NCBI GenBank assembly: GCA_963828735.1
Contig: CAWHFW010000005.1
Span: forward strand, 736,001-800,000
Direction: 5' to 3'
Length of the DNA stretch: 64,000 nucleotides
Source of the DNA: an uncultured Gemmatimonadales bacterium
GTDB lineage: Bacteria; Gemmatimonadota; Gemmatimonadetes; Gemmatimonadales; GWC2-71-9
In this document: positions 41,389-52,983 of the stretch, in pieces
How positions within the stretch are numbered: position 1 is the first letter of the stretch
Layout of the letters: each line of letters starts with the position of its first letter
The notes under the pieces: generated by a model
Database searches by the model: none
What the model was told of the DNA's origin: nothing
What the model saw: only the letters and a program-made list of their open reading frames with translations
Translations under genes and position numbers: made by a program

Positions 41389-42163
41389 CCTGCCGCCCCC
41401 CTGGCGGCCAGCCCCGCAACGGCGATTCCCAAATCTGGACTTCCCGGGCGCGGATCTTTGCGACCAAGCCCTCGGTTTCGGGCGAGGGAAGGACGCCGTA
41501 TTCGGCTGCTAGGCGGCGGCGGAAATCCTGGTAGCTCCTGAGGGCACCGGCCCGGTCGCCGCGACGGTCGAGGATCCGGATGAGCCGACGAATGCCTGAC
41601 TCATCGTCCGGCGAGAGTTCGACTGCCCGACGGGCCCATGGCGCCGCAGCTGCCAAGTCTCCCCGCTGTTCTGCCTCATCGACGCCGGACCACGCCGCTC
41701 TCGCAGCACGAGTGCGAAGGCTTACCCGCTCGCCTTCCAGCCATTGTTCGAACTCGGACGAGACATCAGCTACGAACACGCCCGAGAGCAGGTCCCCGCG
41801 ATAGAGCTCGGTCGCACCCCTCCAGTCAGCGGCATCGCACGCCAGATCGAATTCAGTGATGTCGCATCGCAACGCGTCGGGGTTCACCCCGATTTCCTCT
41901 TCTCCCCGGTTGATCAACACGTCCGGCCCGAGCTGGGCGCGGAGAAAGCGCATCGCCTGCCGGAGGGCTCCCCTCGCGTGCGCCAGGTCAAGCTCGGGCC
42001 AGAAAAGGGCGACGACGGCGTCCCTGCGACGAAACCGCAGAGAGCAGGCTGTGGCGAGGTACACGAGGAGGGCGAGGCGCTTGGGCTGCACCAGAATCGC
42101 ATGCAGCTCGCACCCGTCTGAATCGGTGAGATCCAGGCTGCCGAGCGCGCGGAGCCGAATCAT
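41381..42163 (-). CDS. SARP/AfsR-type activator (wHTH + BTAD only)
   Basis: LRALGSLDL, KRLALLVYLA, ALFWPE, LYRGDLL, WLEGER, PSPET. Confidence 0.88.
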   Translation of the reverse strand: MIRLRALGSLDLTDSDGCELHAILVQPKRLALLVYLATACSLRFRRRDAVVALFWPELDLAHARGALRQAMRFLRAQLGPDVLINRGEEEIGVNPDALRCDITEFDLACDAADWRGATELYRGDLLSGVFVADVSSEFEQWLEGERVSLRTRAARAAWSGVDEAEQRGDLAAAAPWARRAVELSPDDESGIRRLIRILDRRGDRAGALRSYQDFRRRLAAEYGVLPSPETEGLVAKIRAREVQIWESPLRGWPPGGRQGE

Positions 42164-42380
42164 TGCTACCGACTATGAGGGAGGGCTCGAACCATGGACC
42201 CGGATCACGCCAACATCACGGCGGCGTCACGGCTGGATCACCGGAAGGGTGTAGGGTGTTCGCGGGGCCTGGTCCACCTAATGTAACGCCGGCGGGGGCA
42301 CCTGCCAGAGAGCCAGTTGGGGGCGGAGGTGTGACCGATTCATCAGGGCTGCGTTTCTCTCTACTACTCACGAGGTTACT

Positions 42381-42917
42381 ATGCGCTCCTATCTCACTGC
42401 CGGAGCCCTCTGGCTCGGCGCCGTACTCACGATCGGCTGCTCGCCCGAACAATCTCTTCCGACTGGACCGGCCGAGCCGGGGCCTGCATTCGCGGGCGCT
42501 CCTTGGGGCCCGGAAGATCCCCGCTTCAACCTGGAGGTGATCCTCCGCAGTCCGACGGGCAGCCGAGGCTTCGGCCACGTCGCGTTCCGCCAGCCCAACG
42601 ACGACCTGCTCGTCATCGAGTTGGGAACTTGGGTGCGGGATCTCCCGCCGAACTCCAGTTTCGTGCTTCAACGCGCCGTGGACACCCAGCTCGATGGGGT
42701 GTGCACCAGCACGACGTGGCTTACCCTGGGTAAGGGCCTCAGTCCACAGACGCTCGACACCGATGCGTCAGGGGGCGCGCGGGAGGATCTCTTCAGGAAC
42801 GTCGCGGCGTTCCCCGTCGGGGCGACATTCGACATCCACTTCCGGGTAGTCGATGCGGCGACACAGTCGGTGGTGGTGCTCGCGAGCGACTGTTATCAGT
42901 TCACGATCAGCCAGTGA
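42381..42917 (+). CDS. Putative lipoprotein
   Basis: GAGG RBS; lipobox LTIG|C; beta-rich with a Cys pair. Confidence 0.75.
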   Translation: MRSYLTAGALWLGAVLTIGCSPEQSLPTGPAEPGPAFAGAPWGPEDPRFNLEVILRSPTGSRGFGHVAFRQPNDDLLVIELGTWVRDLPPNSSFVLQRAVDTQLDGVCTSTTWLTLGKGLSPQTLDTDASGGAREDLFRNVAAFPVGATFDIHFRVVDAATQSVVVLASDCYQFTISQ

Positions 42918-43032
42918 TGATGACTCCGACGCGGCGAAGCAGCCGGCGCGGCTCCCTATGGGCCGCGCATCCGGCCCTCTGCGACAGACTGCGAAGGGAG
43001 ACGCGTGCTGGTAGGCGAAGCCGTCATCGATC

Positions 43033-46001
43033 TCACCGTTCGCCCTCCCCCGTCAGCCGCTCCAGTCCGGCCCGGGCCTCTGCCACATAGGACGACAGCT
43101 CAGGATCGGGATGGCGCCACATGTCGACCACGAATTGATAGGAGCGGACGAGCTTCGTCGCGCCTGACCCAGACGCTCGGCGACCCGAGCCTGCAGCAGG
43201 CGCTGGAGCACGTTGAGTGCTCCTTCCCAGGTTTCCCAGTCGAGTACCGCCGCTGCAGCCGAGTCGTTCCCCTCGAGCCGCGAAAAGCTGGACGCGCAGG
43301 AAGTCCACGTCCGGGCGCCGGCTGATGCCGGCGAGCCGGCGCGCGGCCTCTACCGTATCGCGGCGCGCCAGGGCCAGGTAGACCTCACCGAGGCGGGCCA
43401 CCTCACGCTGCGTCGCGGCGGGTCTCTTCGTCATTCGCTCCCGCCGAGGCAGCGGCAAGCGCCCGTTCGATGAACGCATGGATCGAGGACGTGTCGCCCT
43501 GGCCGGCCCACCAGGGCAAGGGTCTGGACATGGGGCCTACGTCGGGGCCCTTGAGCCAGCTGCGAAAGACCGCCGCCGCTGTATCCTTGGGCACCACGCC
43601 GAACAGCGCGAGCGTGAGCAAGAGAAACCGGAGCCGCGATCCACCAGGATCGGCTGCTCTCGCAGCACGCGATAGCTCTCGCGCAGGTGCCCACGGTTCA
43701 TGAGGGCCATTACCAGGTTGTTGTTGGCGTCCGGCGGATACTGCATCGGGGCCCGGCCAGGGCGAGGCTGCACGAGCTGCCGAGCGAGCCAGACGTCCGT
43801 CTCGGCCGAATCGGGGCAGTGGCGGAGCATCCAGGTGACGTCCTTGAGCCTCTCGCCCGGAGCGTGTCGAGAACCGGCTGGATCTCCGCGCGCCAGCCAC
43901 CGGTGCCGTCGAGCAGGCGGGCGAGGACCAGTGCGTCGACGGGCGCGGCAGGCACGTTGTCGCGCGCGAGATGCATGGCGCGAGCAGGTCGGAGGTATCC
44001 CAAGGCTCGCCCGCAGTCGCCGCGATCCAGCGTGCGGAAGATCGGGATGCACATATGCCTCCGCGAACGTCGAGTCGAGGGCGATCGAGTGGTCGAACGC
44101 GTCCAGCTCTTGGGCCACGGTCGCCCCGACCTCGGTTCCGTAGTGCTCGCGCGCCTCGCCGAGCTGGTACCAGACCTCCGGATCGCCGGGATAGCTCCGG
44201 GTGGCCGCCTCGAGGATCTGGAAGCGCCGCTCACCAGCAGTGACCGGGTTGTCGAGTCGAGCCGGGGGTCGTCCGATCCGCCTGGAGCGAATCCGCTGTC
44301 ACCAGGAGACTGTCTCGCGGGGACAGCCCGTGGTTGAACCGTCCGGCCTGGAAGTAGAACGGGCGGCCGATCTCTGCGTCATGCGCGCCCTTCCATCCGT
44401 GGGCGAGGGCCAGCCGCCGGAGCGCCAGGGCGAAGGTGCTGTCGAGCTCGACGGCACGCTCGAAGCTCGCGATCGCCGAGTCGAGTGCGCCCCGGCGGAA
44501 ATGCTGCTCGCCCTGGAGGAACGCCTTGAGCGCGACGAGGGACCGGGTGCCCACGGACCCCAGGCGGACCGGCCCGCGGGCCGAGATCCCCAGATCCCGC
44601 ACGAAGGCCACCGAGAGCGAATCGGCGAGCGGAGCTCAGGCGCTCGGTGCGGTCTGACCGCTCGAACTCGCTGCGATGGATGCCCGTGGACGACGTCGAG
44701 CAGGGTCGCGCTCAGGCGCGCCGAATCGCCGCCGAGCCCGACCACCTGCCCAAACACTGCGAGCCGGGCCCCGGTGCGGCGCCCGAGCTCCCGGGCCGAG
44801 GCGGGATCGGCTCGCCCGCTCCAGCGGCGAAGCACGATCGTGGGCGAGACGGTGCGCAGCGGCCCGAGTCCGTCGAGGGTGCGGGCCAGCACGTCCACCA
44901 GCCCGTCGTGCCAGAGGGCTCAGCTTGGGATCGAGCACGTCGAACGGCGCGACCGCCACCAGGTTCGGATCCAACGTCGGAACCGGCGGGCGGCGCCACC
45001 GCCAGATCCCGAACGCTCCGAGCAGCGAGCAGGGCGAGGACCCCGAGCGGGATCCACCAGCGGCCTCCGTCGCTGCGCGCCGTCCGGGCGCGGCTGAGCA
45101 CGCGGCATCGCCTCCCGATCCGGGCTTCAAGGGCGTCCGCAAACTGCGCTGCGGTGGCGAATCGGTCAGCCGGCGAACGCGCCAGGGCCCGCGCGATCGC
45201 TCGCTCGATCGACTCCGGTACATCCCGGATCGTACTCAGGTGCGGCACTGGCTCGACCAGGCGCTTGGCGAGGATGACCTGGGGCGTACGGCCGGTGAAC
45301 GGGGGCTCGCCCGCCACCATCTCGTACAGCACGCAGCCGAGCGAGTAGAGATCGCTCCGGCCGTCGAGGTGGTCCTCGCCGGCGGCCTGCTCCGGGCTCA
45401 TGTAGGTCGGCGTGCCGAGCGCGAGCCCGGTCGCGGTGAGCCTCTCCCCGCCCGCGGTGCTCAGCGCTCGGGCGATGCCGAAGTCCGCCACCATCGCCTG
45501 GTCGCCCTGCAGCAGGATGTTCTCGGGTTTGATGTCCCGGTGCACGATGCCTTGCGCGTGCGCGTAGCCCAGCGCGGCGAGCACCTGGCGCGCGATCCTG
45601 AGGGCGTCATCCAGCGGGAGCTGCCTCTCGCGCTCCAGACGCTGACGGAGAGACTCGCCCACCACGTACGGCATGACGTAGTAAAGGAAAGTCGTGGGTC
45701 GTGAGTCGGGAGTCGTTGGGGTTCCTCTCCGACTTTCGACGACTCAGACGGCTTTCCCGGAGTCGAACAGCGGCAGGATGTGGGGGTGCTGGAGTCGGGC
45801 GGCGATCTGGATTTCGCGGAGGAAGCGCTCCGGACCGACGCCGGCGGCGAGCTCCGGCTGGAGCAGCTTGAGCGCGACCAGGCGATCGTGCTTCAGGTCG
45901 CGTGCGAGGTAGACGGTCGCCATCCCCCCGCGGCCGAGCTCGCGCTCGATCACGTATCGTCCTGCGAGGGCGGTCTCGGGGAGCGGCGAGAGGTCGGTCA
46001 T
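43033..46001 (-). pseudogene. Ser/Thr kinase receptor with in-frame TGA and multiple frameshifts
   Basis: Pieces 45744-46001, 44712-45674 and downstream TolB-like/TPR fragments to 43033. Confidence 0.85.
45690..45749. repeat. Heptamer-based palindromic insertion in the kinase N-lobe loop
   Basis: GTCGTGG GTCGTGA GTCGGGA GTCGTTG ... CCGACTTTCGACGACTCAGAC; 18 extra codons relative to paralogs. Confidence 0.75.
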
Positions 46002-46004
46002 TTG

Positions 46005-46110
46005 CTACTGGTCGCCGACGAGCCCCGCCAGCTCGGCCCGCGCGCTGTCCCGCTCAGGCGTGAAGGGTGGCGCGGGATCGGCGAGCGCCAGGTCGTGCTG
46101 GTTGGCGTGG
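46005..46110 (-). pseudogene. C-terminal stub of a deleted kinase-receptor paralog
   Basis: QHDLALADPAPPFTPERDSARAELAGLVGDQ-stop matches the end of the next paralog ([30 protein letters not shown]). Confidence 0.7.
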
Positions 46111-46219
46111 ATCGCGCTGGCCGGGGCGCACGCCGGGGGGACTCTTCGCGATCCATCATGGTGAAACCTTCTCTCCCCTGAGGCAACCCACGTCGCCTCC
46201 CGCGCCCGAATTCGCGCTA

Positions 46220-49175
46220 TCAGCTATCGCTATCGCTCCCCGACGAGCCTCGCCACCTCCGCGCGCACGCTGTCCCGCTCAGCCCGGAGCGGCGGCTCGG
46301 GATCCGATCGGAGCGCGAGGTAGTGCTGGTAGGCGCTCGATCGCGCCGGCCGTGTCGCCGGCGAGCGCGGCTAGGCGGCCTTCCTCCCGGAGGTAGGTCG
46401 AGAGATATCGCGGCGTACGCAGGCCGTACTCCCGGCGCCGGACCGTCGCGAGCGCACGCGGCAGGTTGCCTTGCTTCTCCAGCAGGCGGGCGAGGACGAG
46501 GTTCCAGCCCTCACCCCACCACCCGTCGGCCCCTCGCGCTACGAGCGAATCCAGTCGGGCGACGAGCGCCCGCCGCGTTCGGCTGTCGAGCCGGCGGTCG
46601 CGAGCCACGCTTCGAGCAGGTCCGCGCACATGGAGGCGTTGACAGCGACGGAGGCCGAGTCAGCGGCGGAGAGTCCCGGCACGACGGCCGCCCGAAGTCG
46701 CGCGATGTCCGGCCGCACCGAACCCAGTTCACCACGCGCCAGCCGCCATTGCTGCACAAAGCAGATGTCGTCGTACTGCGCCCTGCGGTCGTCCGTGCCT
46801 GACGCCAGCACGCGGGTGCGGCGAAGCCGCACCCGTACCGCCTCGTCTGCTGCAGCGGAGTCCCCATCCCAGTACACGGCATCGGTGATGCGGCTCGGCG
46901 GGGAATCGTCGAACTCTCGTTCGATTTCTGGTGGAGGCGGCCAGCCCCTCGCGCGGGCGTCCACCGTTCATCGCCAGCTGGTACTGGAGACGGAGCGCGT
47001 CCCGTCGTGCCGAGTCCGAGTCGGCTCGCTTGAGCAGGATGGCGACCGCCCGGCGGGCATCATCGAGCCTCGCGCCGGTCTCCTGGCTCCGTTCGAAGAT
47101 GTTGAACAAGTTCTTCCCACTCAGCTGATCGAATCGCGCACGGATCCGTGCGAGCGCCGCGGTGTCGCGCAGCGTATACGCCATCTGCCAGCGGAGGTAG
47201 TCGGCGTCGTCGCTCCCCGAGTCGGCCGTGAGCGCAATGGTCCCGAGGCGGCGGACCGAAGCGGTGTCCCCCTCCGCGGCGGAGAGATCGAACAGGTGCA
47301 GGAGGGGTTCGGCATAGGACGAGTCGAGGTCGAGCGCCCGGCGGAAGTCGGCGGCCGCCCGCTTCAGGGGTGCGTCGTAGCCGGCTAGGGCGCCCCAGTG
47401 GTAGAAATGATCACCCAGCTCGTACCATCCTTCCGGGCTCTCCGGCACCGCCGCCACGATCTCTTGCAGAGCGGCGATTTTCTCCTCGAGCGACAGCGGC
47501 GGGCCGTTGGGATAATTGGGCCCCGTCCAGGGGGCAATGAGCGCCCGATCGCGCGGGCTCAGCCGGTCGCGCCCGGCCCAGGCCAGCCGGAGCCCCCGCC
47601 AGTGATCGTTTCCACCGTCCCAGAACTTGGCCTCGTTGAGCCCCACGCCCGCGAGCGCGAACGTGGAGTCGAGGTCGAGCGCATGGTTGAAGCTCTGGAA
47701 CGCGTCTCGGAAGCGGCCGGCGCGGAGCGCCGCCTGGCCGTCGATGTAGGCTCGAAGCGCAGGCAGCGAAGTAAGGGTCGCTAGCTCGGTGCGCCCGCTC
47801 TCGCCGGCCAGGAGCTGGGCGGTGAGCCGGTCCACCAGCGCAGGAAGGCTGTCCGCCGTGCCCGTGACGCTGGCCCGTGACCTGGTGGCGCCGCCAGGAA
47901 CCGTAAGGACCGACGCGGTGAGCACCAGCTGCTCCGGAGTACCCACCACGCCGCCATCCACCAGGCGTCCGGCACCGAGCCCGCGGGCCACATTCGCCGC
48001 CGCTTCAGGCGAGAGGTCGCTGGCCCCCAAGTGGAGCGCGCGATGCCAGCGACTCAGCAGGGCACGGGGATCGAGCGCTCTTGGACCGCCCTCGCCGGTC
48101 AGCTTGACCGCGAGGAGATCGACGATTCCTTCCCGCAGGTACCCCAAGGCGGGGGCCGCACCTGCGACCCTGAACGGCAGGACAGCGACCAGCCCGGGGT
48201 CAACTCCTTCGGCCGACGCAGGACTTTGACGCCAGCGAAAGACTCCGATCGCGAACGCGATCGTCCCGACAGCTGCGGTGATCGCTCCGGCTGTCTGGCG
48301 AGGGAACGGGCGCGCACGGGGCGTGCGAGGCGCTCGCTCGGCCGCCATGAGCGCATGACTGAACTGCTCGACGGTCGCGAAGCGATCGGCCGGCACTTTC
48401 TCGAGCGCCCGTAGGACTGCCTGCTCCACTCCTCCGGGATGTTTCGCCGCACAGTGCGGAGCGGCGCGACCGGATCCAAGGCGTGGCGCGCCAGGATCGC
48501 CTGCGCGGTCGGGCCGGTAAACGGCGGCTCGCCGGCCAGCATCTCGTACAGCACGCAGCCGAGGGAGTAGAGGTCGCTCCGCGCGTCGAGCTGGCCGTCC
48601 CCGGCCGCCTGCTCCGGGCTCATGTAATGTGGCGTGCCCAGCGCAAGGCCGGTCTCGGTCAGCTTCTCCGTGCCGGCCGCGTGAGCGCGCGGGCGATGCC
48701 GAAGTCGGCCACCAGGCACTGCTCGCCCGACAGGAGGATGTTCTCCGGCTTGATGTCGCGATGGATGATCCCGTGCTGGTGCGCGTAGCTCAAGGCACCG
48801 GCGACCGCGGCCGCGATCCGGAGGGCGTCCTCCACCGAGACCTGCCGCTCACGCACGAGGCGTTGGCGGAGGGACTCACCCTCGACGAACGGCATCGTAT
48901 ACCAGAGCAACCCGTCATCGCCGCCCGAGTCATGGACGGGGAGGATGTGCGGGTGCTGAAGCCGTGCGGTGACTCGGATCTCCCGAAGGAAGCGCTCGGC
49001 ACCGAGCGCGTGGGCGAGCTCCGGGCGCAAGACCTTGAGCGGCAACCAGGCGATCGTGCTTGAGGTCGCGCGCGAGGTAGACGATAGCCATCCCGCCGCG
49101 CCCGAGCTCGCGCTCGATGGCGTAGCGGTCCGCCAAAGCGGAGTGCAGTCCGGGAAACGCCTCAGCCGAGCTCAT
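46220..49175 (-). CDS. Ser/Thr kinase receptor (kinase-TM-TolB-like-TPR), multiple frameshifts
   Basis: [45 protein letters not shown]; pieces 48930-49271, 48659-49045, 48099-48719, 46729-48429, 46539-46964 and 46279-46629. Confidence 0.87.
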
Positions 49176-49369
49176 GGCTGATCCTCTCCGGCAGCCGAGG
49201 GCTGCCGGCGAAGCAAGCCAGCGAGGCTTTCGCTTCCTCGACTGAAGGTTGGCCGCTCGGGAAGCCGCCACTCCCGCGATGCCAGCGTCTGACCGGCACT
49301 GCTGTCGGGCCTAACGGTGAAAGCGTCGCGGTCGCCGAGCGCGGTTTGCAGGCGGGGAAGGACGTCCAT
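49172..49369 (-). pseudogene. Collapsed kinase-receptor paralog (first and last codons only)
   Basis: MDVLPRLQTALGDR (family N-terminus) and, in another frame, VEEAKASLA (family C-terminus, compare VDEARLAVARL and VAEARAGLERL). Confidence 0.6.
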
Positions 49370-49733
49370 CACGGCGATTCGCTTGGGGAGGCCTAGGTAA
49401 GCTACGGCCCCGGCACGGGGTTTACCACCGGAGGCAAGCCCGAGGAGCCGGACGCACTGCATCGAGCGGACAGGGAGTGCTGCCTGACGGCCTTTCTGGC
49501 CTCTGGCGCGACGAGAAGGACCGGATTCGCAACATCTCCCTCGCAGCGCTCGACCGCGGGGCGGTGGACATTTCCCGACCCGTCCCGTATCGTGGTGCCA
49601 TCACCCACAACTGATTCAGCAGCCGCTCGGCAACCGATCTGCGCCCTCTGATTGGACAGGGGGATGGCTGCCATTCCTTCGCCCGAGTCCTGGGCTCCGG
49701 CGTCCGCCCATCAGCGCGAAGTCTCGATCGCTC

Positions 49734-52700
49734 GTGCGATGGGTCTTCGTGCTCGAGTGCCTGCTCTTGACTCAAGCCCACCTGCTGCGCGCTCAGGCGC
49801 CCACCGGCACGATCGAAGGCCATGTCAAGAACCAGGCCGGCGGCGTTATCGCTGAAGCTCAGGTGATGATCGTCGGCACCGCCTTCGGTGCCCTGACCGA
49901 TTCCCGCGGACACTACTTCATCAACAACATTCCCGCCGGTCCGGCGACGGTTCGCGCCCTCTTCGTGGGCTTCGGTCCGGTGGAGATGCAGCAATCTCCG
50001 GGTGCTCGCCGGCCAGACGGTCACCCGGGATTTCGCCCTGGAGAGCGTCATCCGGTGCAGCTCCAGGGATCGAGGTTATGGTCGCCCGCAACGCGCTGGT
50101 CCCGCGTGACGAGGTGACGACGACGCAGCGGGTGCAGGGTGACTTTCTCGTGCGCCTGCCCGATCGATCGCGTGAACGAGCTGCTGGCTCTGCAGCCAGG
50201 CGTTGACGCAACCGGCCGCGCGGCGCCTTGGCACTCTCCATTCGGGGCGGGCGACCCGACGAGGTCGCCGTCTACGTGGATGGCGTACCGGTGACCCCGG
50301 CTATCGCGGCCTCGGGCTCGCCACGCCCAGCACCCAGCTCAGCGTCGGCACCAACGGGGTCGAGGAGGCCGCCGTCATCGACGGGATCGCCGTCGGCCGA
50401 GTTCGGCAATGCCCAGTCCGGCTTGGTCTCGCTGGTCACCCGGACTGGCGGCACGACGGTACAGCGCGGCGCGGTCAGCTACGAGACCGACGAACCGTTC
50501 GGCGTGAATCACGGTCTCGGGCTCAATCGGATCGAGGCCAGCATCGGCGGACCTCTCGCCCGCCACCTCACGTTCTTCGCGGCAGGTGTGTCGAGGGCCA
50601 GCGGTCGGCAGCGGCCGGGCGCGGCAGCGAAAGGCCCCGCTCTTCGTCTCGGCCGGCCAGGATACCGTCGTGGCGGTCCCCCTCGATCTCCTCCGCACTG
50701 CGGATACGACCGACGTACCGGTGTACCGGCTGGCGGCGTATCGGGGACACTGCGACGAGTTTTCCGCAAGAGCGCCAACCGGGTATCCGCACCAACTACG
50801 GCTTTAACTGCCAGGGGAATCCGGATTCCCAGCAGCCCAACCTCCACCTACGAGCTTCAGGGCAAGCTCACCTACTCGTTCGGCACCGGTTCCCGTGTGG
50901 GCTTGAGCTACCTGCGCAGCCAGACCCAGGAGCGTGCATTCGACTACGCCAATCTGTACAACTGCGCGGTCGCTCTTCGGGATCCGGGACTGGAGCGACG
51001 TTCTCACGCTCACCTGGACCCCCAATCTCGCGCGTTCCGCGAAGCGCGCGCTCGCACTCGAGGTCTATCTCTCGTACCAGCAGAATCGATCCATCAGCAG
51101 CCCCCTGACACCGGAGAGCGAGCGGGGCAGCCGTGACCCATTCGGCGGCTATCTGATCCGGCCGCTCGGTTTCCTGTTCGACTTCGACAACTTCCCGCTC
51201 GACCAGGCACTGGTCGAGAATGTTCGCCTCAATCGCCCGGGGTCCCGACGGATCACCGATCAAGATCGAGAGCCCGCCGACTTCAATCTCGTCGACGAGT
51301 TTCGAAACAATGCCTACGGACTTCGCGGCTGGAGTGAGGCGGGTGGGCCGGCCGGGCGCATGCGACTCTACCGCGAGAATCGGTACATCGCCAAGGCGAA
51401 CCTGGATTGGCAGGTCGACCGCTACGACCGGCTCAGGCTCGGCGGGGAGGTCAACGCGCTACTCGATCGGACGCTACGAGTCCGAGCTGGCCGCGGTCGG
51501 CGATGCCTACCTCGAGCGGCCGGAGACGGTGGAACGTCTTCGTGGAGGATCGGCTGGATCTCGGCGACGTGGTCGCTCATCGGCGGCCTGCGCTACGACA
51601 GCTATGCGTCTCGCGCCAGCCGTCCGTTTCTCCTGGATACGGTGGCCGCCAGCCCGACGTTCGGGCAATACCTCAACATCGAGGGCGCGCCGATCTATGA
51701 GGTCGGTGGAACCTTCGACGACCGGCCGCTGGTCATCACTCGACCGGACCGGAGCCACGGGTACCTCAGCCCGCACATCCAGGTGTCCTTTCCGGTTAGC
51801 GACCGGACCAACCTTCGACTCTCCTACGCCCACCAGGTGCGAGGCCCCCGACTTCGCGCTGGTCCTGGACGGCGTGAACGTCGGCGGGCGTGGGGCCGAC
51901 CTGGCGTTCGGCAAGACGATCAGCTTCGAGTTCGGGGCTCGCCATGCCTTCAGCGACGACATGGTCCTCGACATGGCGGTCTACAACCACGACAACCTCG
52001 CGCTTGCGTCGGCACGGACCTTTCTCGTCGACGATCCGGTCGCGGCAGCGCAAGAGCACCGTCGTTCGGGTGACGAACGCGGATTTCGGGAATGTCGCGG
52101 CGTGGACCTGCGGCTCGATCGGCGATTCGGCGACGTGTTCAACGGCACGATCAGTTACACCTACCAGACGGGCCAGGAGTACCGCCGTCCGATCCGCTGG
52201 ACATCCAGGATCGAGGAGTCACCGCGGTGAACGAGCTGGGCGGAATCGTGAGCCCGCCACCTCAGGCGATCATCCCGACGGGGTGAGCCGGCCCCACGAC
52301 CTGACCGCGACGTTCGCCCTGGCCGCTTCCACCCGGCTGGCGAAAAGGGAGCGTCCTCGGTACCGTGCTCGGCAACCTCGGTCTCTTCGGCACCGCGCGC
52401 TTCGCCAGCGGGACGCCGTACACGCCGTGCCGCGAGCCCAGGGCGAGTGGGGATGCCGGCACGACGGGCGCGGACGAACAGTGCTCGACTTCCCAGCTCC
52501 AGGCAGTTCGATCTTCGGCTGACCAAGAGGCTTCGGTCTCGGCCGCGCTGGGATCACCGCTTACGTCGATGCCCGGAACGTTTTCAATTTCACCAATGTC
52601 CTCCAGGTCTTCTCCGTCACGGGGAGCACCGTCAATGCCGCCCGACCATCAAGTGCGCTGGGCGGCCGACAGCACCTCCTTCGCCGAGGATGCGCGTGCG

Positions 52701-52980
52701 ACGGAGCGTGTACTGGGGCTGACGGGGCCATCGATCTCAGATTCAACGGTCTGGTCGCGTCGGGCTGCAACGCCTGGGTGACCGCCAGCACCCGCGCGGC
52801 CGCGCCCGATTGCGTGTATCTGATCCGTGCCGAGGAGCGGTTCGGCGACGGTGACCACGTGTTCACGCTCGCCGAGCAGCGCCGCGCGTCCGACGCGTTC
52901 TATGCCTTCGACCAGCGGGCCGTACAACTTCACGGGACGATCCTCGCCGGCTGCGGCTCGGGATCGAGGTGACGTTTTGA
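49734..52980 (+). CDS. TonB-dependent outer-membrane receptor with N-terminal carboxypeptidase-regulatory-like domain; many frameshifts
   Basis: Signal peptide; TGTIEGHV...GALTDSRGHYFINNIP; LSIRGGRPDE, YVDGVPV, AEFGNAQSG; SPHIQVSFPV; ends EVTF-stop. Confidence 0.85.
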
Positions 52981-52983
52981 TGC

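Noticed and set aside
45744..45746. Selenocysteine codon with SECIS
   Set aside because: Not a Cys-equivalent position in kinases, it lies inside an inserted repeat, and the gene has other lesions
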